Assembly: GCA_013115145.1 (NCBI GenBank)
Contig: JAAPAO010000205.1
Span: forward strand, 1 to 52,721
Direction of reading: 5' to 3'
DNA from: Perkinsus chesapeaki ATCC PRA-425
Lineage: Eukaryota; Protista; Perkinsozoa
Length of the DNA stretch: 52,721 bases
The notes under the pieces were generated by a model that saw nothing but the letters and a program-made list of their open reading frames with translations, ran no database searches and was not told where the DNA came from. This document shows positions 36,601-47,166 of the stretch, one piece after another. Positions within the stretch are counted from its first letter, which is position 1; each line of letters opens with the position of its first letter. Position numbers and translations under genes: made by a program.

Positions 36601-39600
36601 GGGGGTTGTTACCTAAGCCGATGGAGCGTGTCCTACTGTAGAGTGAAGAGAAATGAAACGGTCTGTCAGCAGTTCGGCCATTCGGAGTGTTTCTTACGGC
36701 CATCTAATTTTCCTCTTGTAGCTGTTTGAACGTCACAAGCTGCTCTACTCGTTCCAAATGACCTGTATGATAATGGATGGGGAAGGCGAGCTTGTCCGTG
36801 ATGATCACGAGTTCTTCCTCAAGGGCAATCCGAGCCTCGAAAAGGTTGGAATCGGCGATCAAGTCTCTCTTGAAAATGGCTTTAGGTTGCCACTCCGAAT
36901 CCGCATCCTGCTTGGTTGCCCGACTCTGGTTGGAAGGATATACAAGTAGGGTCTTTATCGTTGCCTCTGTGGTGCTGGTGGAAGTGTGCCTCAGGTCCTG
37001 CCGAGCCTCAACGAGTGTTTCCAAAATATTATTGCCGATATATCGAGCGGAGAAGGCGGCAGGCTCTGGAAGGTGAGGCTCTTGTGGCTCGCCCGATGCA
37101 GGCTAGGCCGATGATAGGGATGGTTTGACCTGGAGCAGCCGGAGAGTTCACCTATGCCGATGGGATACGATGAGACCTGCGATCCATTCCAGCAGCTACT
37201 CGTTGTGAGCGCCTCGCCACCATGCACGCATCTTTATATTAACTATGCAGATACGATGCTTCCGAACCGATCGAGTTGTCAATGCCATCAAGAACTTCAT
37301 TATGTGGCGTTTGGGAGAATACTTTGTATGTCACTTTTCTAGTGTGATCGCAGCTGGTTCTGAATATGCGAAGAGCCTACCGCTTTCCTCTGGTTTCCAC
37401 TTTACCGTTCGCTGGATATCGACTTGTATCTTTGTGGTAGCTAAAACTCAGCAGACGGATTGCTCAGGTTCAACCCCCGTCCCTGGTTTATGACAAGATA
37501 TTCCAGCAGTCCAATGAGAAGAGCCCAATAGTTTTCATCCTATCACCTGGGGCCGATCCTCAGAGCGACGTATGGCGTCTCTGTGGTACCAGCTAAGACA
37601 TTCGAGTGTAACAGGTCCAGCAACTTGGCGAGAAGCTTGGATTTACCGCGCCTGCTAAATTCCGATTCTTAGCTCTCGGACAAGGCATGGGGCCAGTGGC
37701 TCAATCCTGTATCGAGGCGGGGTAATCATTGTCGGTCGTCATTTACCATTCTGACGATTCACTGCGATCTATTCTAAGGTACCAGAGAGGCCACTGGGTG
37801 ATGCTACAAAACTGTCATCTGCTCACACGATGGTTACGGACCCTCGAGACTATCTTGGAGGGAATGCATAAGCCCCACAAAGACTTCAGGTTGGTCATGG
37901 CATCCCTCTTCAGGGTTACCGTTTCTTTGTAGACTATGGTTAACGACGCAGCCAACACAGGCCTTCCCGTTGGGTATTCTACAGCGCAGCTTGAAGGTCG
38001 TCACTGAACCACCAGATGGACTCAAACTTAATATGAAACAGAGTTATGCCAAGATAACCGACGGTGACCTGGATGAATGTAAATAAGAACTACTGCATGT
38101 TGAGCTCTTCCTTATCGTTGTTGTTTTCGGATTCGCAGGACAGTAAGCTTCTCGCTTGCCCGTCAGGTTCCCATGATGCTTTCAAGCCTTTGATATTCGT
38201 CCTCGCCTTTTTCCATGCGGTGGTTCAAGATCGGAGGAAATATGGCAGCATTGGATGGAACGTACCCTATGACTTCAACGAATCTGACTTCAAGATTTCA
38301 TTTCAACTCCTAAGACTGTAGGACTCGCCTTTCATAAGCTTCAGCGCCCTCCAGATCGGCAATGGCAGGAAGTGTTGCAGGTATATCGATAAGGCGCTGG
38401 AGAATGACGATCCATTGCCGTGGGAAACTATGCGATATCTGATAGGAGAGGCTATGTATGGTGGACGAGTTACTGATAACTACGACCGACGAGTGTTATG
38501 TATGCTTGAGGGTCCATGCTGCTTGATGGGCATTGATGCGTCAGGCACGTATTTGGAGGAATACATGGGCGACTTCCTTTTTGATGAGAACCAGGAATTC
38601 TTCTTTAGTCGATCTGGTCACGACTACTCGGTTCCGAAGGGCAGTCTTGATGTTGAAGCGTACTCGTTTATTCCGTCAAAGATTCACGCTTACTGCTGTT
38701 CCCTCTGCAGATACGTGTCATCCATAGCCTCGTTGCCGATAACTCAGTCACCTGCGGTTTTCGGTCTCCATCCCAATGCCGAGATTACGTGGGATTGTTT
38801 AGTGGGACAGCCTGTGATTGTCCCATTCTTGTTAGGTACTTTTCGAATGCCGCTAAAGATCTCTGGCTCGGGGTCCTCTCGATGCAAACAGGAGACTCAA
38901 GTGGAGGCGGAGGGATGTCGAGGGAAGCCTTTATCCAGCAAACATGTGACGGCGATTCTCGCTGGTTTGAAGAGTGCGATTCTACGATTGTTCAGGTCAG
39001 GATATCATATCGGTCATTCCTAAAAAGGATTTAAAGTTCGTCAAAGACGGAAGTCCTCTCACGCCGACCGAGGTTGTTCTCTCCCAAGAAATTGACCGCA
39101 TGAACGCTCTCGCTAACAGCATGTAATGGACGGCGCTCTTGACGCTCTCACCAGCCGAGCCGCTGCTCAGGTATGATAGTTTGATTGATCTCGGTAAAGC
39201 ATTAGTTGGTGAGATTGGTATGTCCAACGAGCTTGATGAACTCGGTACTTCAATATTCAATGGTTTCCTTCCTAACCAGTGGGTGCGTTTGGCCCCTCGG
39301 AGTGAAAAGCCGCTCGGCAGTTGGATGGACCACTTCAGGCGGCGGTGAGTTATTACTTATCAAGACGAACTCTCATTAGCATCGGTATTTACTGTCAGGT
39401 TAGAACAATACAATGGATGGATCACCAAAGGGGATCCATACGTTATGTGGCTGGCAGGATTACATGTCCCTGAGTCCCTTCTCTCGGCTCTTGTACAAGC
39501 TGCTTGTAGAAAGAGAGGTTGGCCGCTGGATAAGTCTACCCTTTACACTCAAGTGCGGTATTTTGATAAGTGATGTCAGTTACGCCTTATCAGGTCACAC

Positions 39601-40017
39601 GAATGACAAACCCTCAGGAGGTAACTGAGCCACTAGAGTTTGGGACCTACATCGAAGGGCTCTATTTGGAGGGGGCTCGCTGGGACATGGACCATGGCGA
39701 GCTCACATGGCAGAACCCAAAGCAGCTAGTTATATTGATGCCTTTAATACAGGTGGACTCTACAGCTTTTAACTCGAGGATCACTATGTCAGATTATCCC
39801 TGTGGAAGCAGCTAGGCTCAAATTACGAGAGTCTTTGCCGACGCCGGTTTACTTGACCCCTAAGCGTCGAGACGCCATGGGAAATGGCCTTGTGTTCGAG
39901 GCTAACCTCCGTAAGCTTTCCAGCAAATATATATCATCACTTAACTAAGGTACGCGTGAGCATCCCAGTGTATGGATCTTACAAGGAGTGGCTCTATTCC
40001 TGAACACTGATCAATAA
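6684..40017 (+). CDS. DNAH10: Axonemal inner-arm dynein heavy chain (DNAH10 / I1-alpha-like), about 80 exons, apparently intact
   Basis: Exon 1 6684-6787 ([23 protein letters not shown]). Tail exons match DNAH10-type sequence ([61 protein letters not shown]). Linker [17 protein letters not shown]; AAA1 [37 protein letters not shown]; AAA2 [33 protein letters not shown]; AAA3 GESGTAKS; AAA4 [10 protein letters not shown]; AAA5 [19 protein letters not shown]; AAA6 [18 protein letters not shown]; C-terminus [14 protein letters not shown] (TAA 40015-40017). A few small 5' exons near 7150-7520 are uncertain. Confidence 0.95.
9148..9295. repeat. Intronic minisatellite, 36-bp unit x4
   Basis: Unit GTATATCGTAGCATTAGCTGTAGTGATGCATGAATG, near-identical copies, inside dynein intron 8783-9522. 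Confidence 0.95.
12523..12594 (+). tRNA. tRNA-Pro(AGG): tRNA-Pro (anticodon AGG) inside dynein intron 12497-12609
   Basis: GGCTGTG/CACAGCC acceptor stem, TGGTCTAGTGG A-box, CTCGC-TTAGGGT-GCGAG anticodon arm, CCGAG-TTCAATT-CTCGG T-arm, TTTT at 12600-12603. Confidence 0.97.
12957..13029 (+). tRNA. tRNA-Lys(CTT): tRNA-Lys (anticodon CTT) inside dynein intron 12805-13336
   Basis: GCCCGTC..GCTCAGTCGGTAGAGC..CAAGG-CTCTTAA-CCTTG..GTGGG-TTCGAGC-CCCAC-GGTGGGTG; full cloverleaf; G1:U72 wobble. Confidence 0.95.
17707..17816. repeat. Intronic minisatellite, 34-bp unit x3.2, abutting a 3' splice site
   Basis: Unit AAGTTGTTATAGTAGTGCTGACTATTGTTAACTG at 17707, 17741 and 17775; acceptor TTTTCAG ends at 17821. 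Confidence 0.95.
17922..17994 (-). tRNA. tRNA-Lys(CTT): tRNA-Lys (anticodon CTT), antisense, inside dynein intron 17883-18037
   Basis: Exact reverse complement of 12957-13029. Confidence 0.95.
24255..24778 (-). pseudogene. Frameshifted paralog (copy A) of the PxGxY secreted-protein family, nested antisense in dynein intron 23901-28677
   Basis: [55 protein letters not shown] aligns with copies B and C. Frame shifts near 24510 ([11 protein letters not shown] continues in another frame); a second-domain remnant [20 protein letters not shown] survives near 24290-24350. Confidence 0.8.
25330..26316 (-). CDS. Secreted protein (copy B): signal peptide + two PxGxY-initiated domains + Thr-rich stalk, nested antisense in the dynein intron; probable 1-nt frameshift near 25446
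   Basis: Uninterrupted 328-codon ORF; [17 protein letters not shown]; APSGVYSP and RQPAGVYQA domain starts; [13 protein letters not shown] shared with copy C; poly-Thr. Confidence 0.85.
   Translation of the reverse strand: MIFFTCFLMLLAAMADKLKAPSGVYSPQGQSSSEANVNLNFLDDSTVKYFIEHPHSDSATLDSYRVKMLASSVLAVTVPGHQLEFWRTAHPDAFEDLGLQIFFYDAANNRITVNAKHRSFEILHSSDDAKGSAYVRQPAGVYQALQRGINITMEFGKGQAVYHFNIDGVSYSSPFDVDFSMKSSSLIRVHVPLIQLQNLHGRFSGFSVDYFYLNLGYDPVKDEITFLLENWCPIILNHAPPTTTTTTTTTTTTPTTTSTTITTPTTTITTTPTTTTTTTSTTTHFTFAPIQPVRLQRQLLPQAREGYVASDGASVERDNPRGYLPTGI
27480..27900 (-). mobile_element. Degenerate IS1595/ISXO2-type (Merlin-like) DDE transposase remnant
   Basis: Minus strand gives ..[12 protein letters not shown] (27769-27761), a frameshift, then [19 protein letters not shown] (from 27744), matching the VNH...HTNxIEGxWxxxK signature. 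Stops and frameshifts present; no TIR/TSD found. Confidence 0.6.
28263..28352. repeat. Minisatellite, 23-bp unit x3.9
   Basis: Unit TCCTTCCCTGAACAGAATGCTCC, exact copies at 28263, 28286 and 28309, partial at 28332. Confidence 0.95.
36278..36317 (+). other. GC-AG intron (40 nt) in the dynein gene
   Basis: GAGCAG|GCAAGA...TAGCAG|GCCCTT; removal is required to join LSVFEQ to [11 protein letters not shown] in frame; no GT available. Confidence 0.85.
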
Positions 40018-41739
40018 TTGACCCATAATGTGTGCCTGCAAATCAGAGTGTCCTACGGTACCGCGGTGTGTTGAGTTCATACCAGTCCCCCCCCCCGATA
40101 TAGAAAACTTCAGTGTCAAGCGCATATCGCGTAACACAGCGGCGGCCACCTTTTGCCATGTAGCGCGCAACACTGCGGTTGGTAGCACACTCAAGATGGT
40201 AGACACTCTGTAGCCTGTATGGAGGGCGTGAAGCCGATGTTGGGACCGGTCAAAATTGAAGGGTGAAGAAGGCCACTGATTGACTCGATCAGAAGAATAC
40301 CGGAGAAGGAATTCAAATTCTCAAAGCTCATGTGGTAACAACACGTCATAACTGGAGCGAATTTGCAGAACAATGCCAAATGGCACTCGGCAAGTGTTCT
40401 CTGGTACCGAGTCGATGAGATAGTTATACCGGACTCCGACTGAAGACTCCCTTCTGAAGGAGCTGCGATGGTGACGTTTTTGATTACAGTGTCTTTGCCT
40501 TCGCGAGCCGATCCTCAATAAACACAACAGCAAGACGAGTGCATGGGATGATAAATCATCTGGCTCCAGCGGATCGAGTCGTGTCAGACAGATGCCGCTA
40601 AACATATCAATGTTTAAGCGATACTTAAAGATGTACGTGGCGAACGATCCCTTTGCATCAAGTCTGCACACGGAGACGCGAATAAACTGCTGTTCTTCCC
40701 GGTACAGGCTATAGACCGTGAAAGCCCCAAGCAGGAACCTTGGCTAAACACAAGAAATGATCGACATATGGCTGAGCATCATCACGGCCATCCTGTGCTC
40801 TACCACCAGACCCTCCTGCTGATCTGCCCCGGCAGCTCTCGCTGCAGGAGGCTTGCAGCCTATATGTAACCACCAGTGAATAAATGCCTATGGAATGCAT
40901 CAGATAGAACTCACTCTGCATAGGCCATAAAATGTGCAACTCCCGGGAAGTGATATCTCTCAGCCAAGTGCTACGCTTGGAAGGTTCGACGTCTTCAAAA
41001 CATCACCCAATCTCTCTCAGTCCTGGCTTCACCGACCATATTGCCGCCTGCGCCTCGAGTATTAGTAATGGCGCAGCCGAGGATGTTGACGGAAGACCGG
41101 TAGCCAGTGCTATGTAGCGCGGAGCAAGAAAATCTCAACAGAAACTTCCTGTTGAGAGGCTTTTCTGCCTGGCCAAAGGCGCACAGGTACGAAGTAGTGA
41201 GATCCGTAGCCGGTCACATGACATTTACCGAAAGCACCGATTGAAATGCTGAGCCCAGAAAGATACACGAACAGACATTGAAGCCTGGTATTCGGACTTG
41301 TCAACCAACCGCAGATCTGAAACGACCCCAAGCAAGGCGACAGCAACGGCGAGTTCCAGATCAGCGACAAGGATACCGGCATCCAATAGCATCTTATAGG
41401 GCAAACCAACCGGGCCATAAATACGACCACATAGTGATCACCGAAACCCTAGGCGGAACACATGGATCAGTAGAAGAGCCGAGAGACCACAGCAAGATTC
41501 AAATGGCCTCAACAAGCACGAAGCTAAAATCAAACAGTACCCGTAGCATCAACCCTTCTTGACCCAGCACAGCTCCTGGCAGATAGGAGACCCCAACACC
41601 TCCTACACGTTAGTCTTTGTACTAAGATATGTTCACTTGGCGAGCAACAACTAGCTGCAGGAAAATGGACGAAACATGAAAAAAATAAATAAACGGTGCA
41701 AGAGAGAAGGAGAAAAAGAACGTGTGTTTTCACCACAAA

Positions 41740-41761
41740 CTTGAGCCAACATGGCAACAAT
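41740..41761 (-). other. Relict spliced-leader (SL)-like sequence
   Basis: Minus strand ATTGTTGCCATGTTGGCTCAAG vs Perkinsus SL ACCGTAGCCATCTTGGCTCAAG: 18/22 identical, 15/16 at the 3' end; not followed by GT, so not an SL RNA gene. Confidence 0.7.
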
Positions 41762-42906
41762 CTACGTTCCGACAACAATGATCTTGCCATTACAAATATG
41801 AATGTACAATCTAGCTTGCACAGGATTGTGTGGCAGCACAAATATACGGCTCGAACTGTACCAAAGCTTAATAGAAGCATCCGTAACGTACATTGGTGAA
41901 GTCTCCCAGCGCGGGTCGGATTTGCGAAGTGGAGAAGCTTCCCATCTTTGCAAATAGACACTTATCTGTTAGATCATCCAACTTAGATGGGCACTTTGGG
42001 TGATATTTTCGCTTATTACCGTGTTGTGCTGTCGCGGAGCACTTACGGCGCGATAGCATCAACTACTTTTCCGTTATATCTATCAATCTGTCACCATGAC
42101 AGTGTCATGACACTAGGGATGCTATCCGCCGATACCAGTCTTTGCAACAGTAGTCGATGCGACGTAGACGACGCCGAATGTGAGGCTTTGCCCATGCGCA
42201 GCAAACTCGCTGATGATTGGTCTCAATAGCATTCCCCGCACATGAATTCATGTAGGAGTCGCCCCAAAATGTAAAAATTGTAAAGTTTGATTGCTCGGGT
42301 ACGGGGGGGTCGCTTCTGCGTGGGACGTTCTCCGGACGCAGGCGCTGAATTGCATCATGCGCCATGCGTGGCGGCGTGATCGCTTTTTGATTGGGTCGCT
42401 TCAGGCAAACTGAAAAATGTATTTTGAGCACAAGCACCGTAGCTGCTTTGCGTACCAGCCGTCGGTGATCGGTAGGTTCGCACGTATTCGTATCGACTCT
42501 TAAGTTGAGTGCTCACGGAGTGGAGTGCTCAACTGATATAGTTTTATGAGATCATGATTGCCTTCTATGAGAGGAAGCGATACGATTACGCAGACGACGT
42601 TGCGCGCAAAAATGGCGCCACTGACGTTTGGCGAAGGTCATATGACTGTATTGATGTCGGCCTAGACCCATATGGCGCGACCCCATTGGCGTCATATCGC
42701 CTTTCATATGATATGAGGCTGAGACTTCCAAGCGGCGGAGACTTATGAAAAATTCTAGGTAGGAAGTCTGTCTCACCCAGTGTGTGACACCCACCCCTTA
42801 CCTCTTGCCTGCTTTTGTCCAACGAGCCTGGTCAGATTGCGCCGCGTGGGAGCCGTGTCGTAGAACAGACTTTACTTGTATCGTCTCTTTCAGTGTCTCA
42901 TTCGGT

Positions 42907-44169
42907 ATGATCTTAGCGCTAGCCACCTTCTTTCAACTACTTGCGGCCTCCTTTGGTGATGATTTCGAAGCCCCTCTGGGTATATACTCGCCTAGGAGTC
43001 GATCTACGGCTGATTCTAATGTGAAGTTAACGTTCTTAGATAACGGCAGGGTTGAGTATGAGGTTCTCACTCCCCAATCAGAAAGCAGTCCTTTCGCATC
43101 CTTCCCGGCGAGCATGGTGTCTTCTTCCGTTGTGTCTGTAGTCGTTACGCAGTTCCAACTGGACTACTGGAGGATGTACCATCCAGGCTCTTTCGAAGAC
43201 TTGGGCCTTCAAATCTTCTTCTACGACGCCGCTACAGATAGGATTACGGTTAACAGCATCGGCCGGGCTTTTGAGATTCTCCACTCTTCAGACCCAGGAG
43301 AAGGTCCTGGCTCGGTCGCCGATGTAAGGAAGCCCAATGGCATGTATCGAGCTGTGGAGCGCGGCATTGACATTACTATAGAGTTTGTGAACGGTCGAGT
43401 TACCTATAACTTTGAGGTTGGAGACGTCTCATATTCGTTCCCATTTGATGTCGACTTCTCGATGGGAAGCTCAAGTCTTATCAAGGTTTTTGTACCGCGT
43501 AGCCAACTCCACGGGCTTCATGGTAGATTCCCTGGGCTGTCAGAAGATTATTTCTATACGAACCTGGGCTATGATCCTGCTAAAGATGAAATCACTTTTC
43601 TCCTTGAGAGTTGGCGCGCTGTTATATTGAGGTTGACTGAGCCCTCTTCCCCTCCCGCCCGGACTCGCATCCCAACTACCACTAGTACGTCTACAACAAC
43701 TACATCTAATGCAGAGGACCGCCCCCATCGTCCATTCGGTGACTACTGTGTTGATAGGCACACCGCTAAGATGTCTCTAAGCTTCAAGGATCAATATACA
43801 GTGACCTTTGCGGCAGTGTATCGTGATACTCATCTCTTGGCTCGAGGTGCAAGATATGATGTTATTGAGGAGTCTGGTCAAGTGGTAATATCTGTAGATG
43901 CTGTAAACTCGGACTTGAACGGAGAACTCCGTAAAATGGACTGGCATGGTATGACTCGTCTCAACTTCATATTTGATCCAGTCCAGAATGTCGTTATGCT
44001 GGAAGACCGTGGCCTCATCGCTCATATGTACATTGGCCTAGAGTGTGCAGCGGCCATCGAGTCCCCGCCGGCCAAACCCAGCGGTGGTGGGGGCGGTTCT
44101 TCAGGAACTCACTTCGGTGATCTGAGTGAGTTTATTAAGCAAGTATTGGAACAACTCCTTCAGATATGA
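42907..44169 (+). CDS. Secreted protein (copy C, 420 aa): signal peptide + two PxGxY domains + Thr linker + third PxGxY domain; intronless
   Basis: ATG 42907 follows a TCTCTTTCAG acceptor-like site; SP MILALATFFQLLAASFG; APLGIYSP, RKPNGMYRA and HRPFGDYC domain starts; clear homology to copies A and B. Confidence 0.9.
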   Translation: MILALATFFQLLAASFGDDFEAPLGIYSPRSRSTADSNVKLTFLDNGRVEYEVLTPQSESSPFASFPASMVSSSVVSVVVTQFQLDYWRMYHPGSFEDLGLQIFFYDAATDRITVNSIGRAFEILHSSDPGEGPGSVADVRKPNGMYRAVERGIDITIEFVNGRVTYNFEVGDVSYSFPFDVDFSMGSSSLIKVFVPRSQLHGLHGRFPGLSEDYFYTNLGYDPAKDEITFLLESWRAVILRLTEPSSPPARTRIPTTTSTSTTTTSNAEDRPHRPFGDYCVDRHTAKMSLSFKDQYTVTFAAVYRDTHLLARGARYDVIEESGQVVISVDAVNSDLNGELRKMDWHGMTRLNFIFDPVQNVVMLEDRGLIAHMYIGLECAAAIESPPAKPSGGGGGSSGTHFGDLSEFIKQVLEQLLQI

Positions 44170-44704
44170 TTTATATCAAATGAATCTTGGACTCTATGCT
44201 TCACATGTAAATAGCATAATCCAGATAGTTCGACTATCGTAGTTGCCCTTTCAAAGGGCCCCTTGTCCTTCGTTGACCTTTTACTTATTATTATGTAAAT
44301 ATCTCATGATAATCTTTCTGTTTCTCTGAGACTCTGAGCAACTTCCTCGATAACCCGTTTCAACAAAGTCTCCAGCCGCGGTGTTATTAATTGTTTCGAC
44401 GGGTGGGGAGTCTATTTGATCAGATCAATCGGTACTGGAGAGAGTGACGAGGAGAGGAATCACGGTAGAGGGGGTGTCGTGGGTTGTCACCCCGCAGTAT
44501 GTATTGATGCTGCTAATAACCCCAAGAGTCTCTTGTCAAGAGAGTTTATTGTTTTTTTGTCTGTCTTGCAACACAACCCTATTCAAGGAACGTCCGACTG
44601 GTTGACAATGTCAAGCAGAGGAATTGACAACTTGACATCGCGACTAACATGGCACGATGGTCATGCAACATATCAGACCATGTGTGGCAACTTGATTCTT
44701 AGCA

Positions 44705-47105
44705 TCATTCATCGACATGCTTCTCCTGCTCAGTCAACTGTGGGGGCTCTCCACCTTCATTGCCCGAGACGGCTTTCTCACCTTCCTGCGCCGGTTCCTC
44801 CTGTTTAATCTCCTCTTCATCTTCCTGCGCCGGTTCCTCCTGTTTAATCTCCTCTTCATCTTCCTGCGCCGGTTCCTCCTGTTTAATCTCCTCANNNNNN
44901 NNNNNNNNNNNNNNNNNNNNNNNNNNNNNNNNNNNNNNNNNNNNNNNNNNNNNNNNNNNNNNNNNNNNNNNNNNNNNNNNNNNNNNNNNNNNCTTCATCT
45001 TCCTGCGCCGGTTCCTCGGGGCTCGTCTCCTCAACTTCCTGGACAGACTTCTCACATTCGTTTACGTCCTCTCCTTCTGTTTCCGGTAATGCTTCCCCTG
45101 GAGCTTCCTGTGGCGAATCCTCCTGCATAGCTTCCTCCTTAATCGTTGAGAGAAGTCCATCTTGCTCCTGGGTCTGCGGGCTGTCTTCCTCATTTGCTTT
45201 TTGAAGACCTTCGCCTCCCTCAGACTCTCCGCATTCCTCATCCTCCTCCGGTTCACTTTCTTCGTACGACTCTGTGCCGCTACTAAGTCCAGAGTCGTCG
45301 TCTTCAGACATTTCGTCCAGCTGGGGTAACCTAATAATGCCACGGCAATCCGTCTCCTCCCCCGAGTGCACACAATCTACGCGGTCGCATCTCCACTCGC
45401 TCTTGGTGGTGGAGGTGCCTTCAATGCACCCTCAATCTGTGCCCCAAATAAGTCCTTCGACGCTCGGCGCTTCGCTCCTTCCGATACAGCGGTCCTAATT
45501 CGGAGGAAAATGACAAGGCACGGCCCAATATATAACCTACAGAGCATCAGCTTGCTCGTTGGCTAAAGATGCTCTGCGCATGCGTGCGACAATATGCTGA
45601 CGGTCCTGCATGTCCGAGGTAACGACCATGTTTCGTGGTTGTCTGCCCGAACCTGTAGGAGAGTATACCTCCGCTTGTAGGATGTGAGCATTATCACCGC
45701 TGGCGTTACTGTTTTTCCTTGAATTCGTCATTTCCTGACCTGGTGTTTTCAACTTGGCTTTCTTCAGCGTAGCGTCAGCTGCATCGTTAAGACCAGCAAA
45801 ATTCTTATCTATTAATTTCCTCATGAGGAGACTGAATTCCCCAAAATCAATTGCGAGACTGTCGTTCTCGTCGACCTCCCGTATCATGATTATCAGCTCT
45901 TGCATCTGCTCTCGATTTAACTTCAATCCCAAGGTCTCGAAAAGTCTTTTCATTTGCTGCAGTGGTATCTCACCAGTTCCGGATTCGTCTAGAGAATCAA
46001 ACACTTGTCTGAAGCCTTGAAGCTCATCGTCATTGAAACTTGCTCGAGCAATGAGTTCTCGCTCTCTCCTCCTGGAAGTCTCGACTTCGTCGTCCACCAA
46101 GTAGCGGACTACGTGTAGGAAAGTATGAAAGTCTAGGAGTGTATTTTGAGAAGATTCGTTTTCACCATCTTCGCCTTCGACTTGCTTTGATAGCATAAGC
46201 TCGCGCACCCACCCAATCACACGGTCGCGATCTTCGTTCGACGAGGGTTCCCGCCCGATGGCATGCAAGCAGCTCCACAGGTCCCCACCGCGAAGACCCT
46301 TCTGCTGTGTGCCATTTCGAGTGCTGCCTCTTCCCGCGTACTTGTTGAACGTCTCCTGGAACCAGAAAAGATCTTCATCACCGAAACCGGCATTCTCTTT
46401 GAAAAGTGAATCTTCCATATACCGATAAAACTTTAGGAACTTCACGAACTTGTCGAAAGTGATTCGTCCGTTGCTATCAGGTCTGACTTCGTGATGTTTT
46501 ATGCATGCCTTCATAATGCGCTGAGATGGGTTCTTCCCGAGCCAATAGAGACAGTCGGGTATATCCTCGGAACCAATTGTGTCGTGGTAATCGGCGTGTT
46601 TCACAAAACAGGAGGAGAACTCATCAAGTGCGCCTTCCCCAAATAAACGTTCCACTTCTTGAATGACCGCGTCAGGATTAGCAGTCGGTTCGGCCTCGAT
46701 GGTAGCTCTTAAGTGCGACGAACCTGAATCGAAGTAGTAAAAAGAGAACTAGAAAAAGGTATTATAGGACTCCAGATAAATTATAAGCTATATGTAGAGA
46801 TAATCAAAGAATAGCACACATGAGGAATCGGCCGTCGGGCGCAAGCAGCTCACCTCCTTCAGCGCTGGCCCGCCTCGTCTTCGCTTCTTGCATGATGCTC
46901 GCTCTTCTCTGTGCAACTTGATTCTTGAATCCCTCTGCCCATTCTTGGGACAGTTCCGGTACTGAGTCTCCCTATCAATACAGGATCATTTAACCCCATC
47001 GGACACACACTGCATGTTGCTCACCTTCCATATGTGTTTGTTTGGACTCTTTTCCACCAGATCGCTCATAACACCGCGGATCCACCCGTCAATCGAGTCG
47101 GTCAT
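44705..47105 (-). CDS. EF-hand (calmodulin-lobe-like) protein with RRAS motifs and an acidic 13-aa repeat tail; start codon uncertain, may be the cytoplasmic part of the upstream receptor
   Basis: Phase-consistent exons ..47025, 46971-46854, 46723-45541, a short exon near 45494-45383, then the acidic exon through the gap to TGA 44705. EF loops DESGTGEIPLQQ and DENDSLAIDFGE, plus degenerate PDSNGRITFDK. Confidence 0.75.
44782..45017 (-). repeat. 39-bp coding tandem repeat (EEIKQEEPAQEDE)n interrupted by an assembly gap
   Basis: Plus-strand unit CTTCCTGCGCCGGTTCCTCCTGTTTAATCTCCTCTTCAT at 44782, 44821 and 44860, resuming after the Ns. Confidence 0.9.
44895..44992. other. Assembly gap (98 N)
   Basis: Run of n characters within the 39-bp repeat. 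Confidence 1.
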
Positions 47106-47166
47106 TTTGCGAAAGTTGTGCCTTTCCGTAACGCTGCCCACTCCTCAGGGAACACCACAAACATTA

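Noticed and set aside
6684-40017. Stop-codon reassignment or a pseudogenised dynein suggested by the many short ORFs
   Set aside because: Stops fall in introns; the exons I traced join in frame with canonical splice sites under the standard code
40290-40450. Plus-strand peptide (..ILKAHVVTTRHNWSEFAEQCQMAL..SYTG..TPF) loosely recalling an LTR-retrotransposon integrase C-terminal core
   Set aside because: No DDE residues, RT/RNase H or LTRs recognised; similarity too weak to support
42784-42906. N-terminal extension of the 461-aa ORF
   Set aside because: Starts at GTG; paralogs A and B begin at the equivalent of ATG 42907, which is followed by a signal peptide and preceded by an acceptor-like TTTCAG
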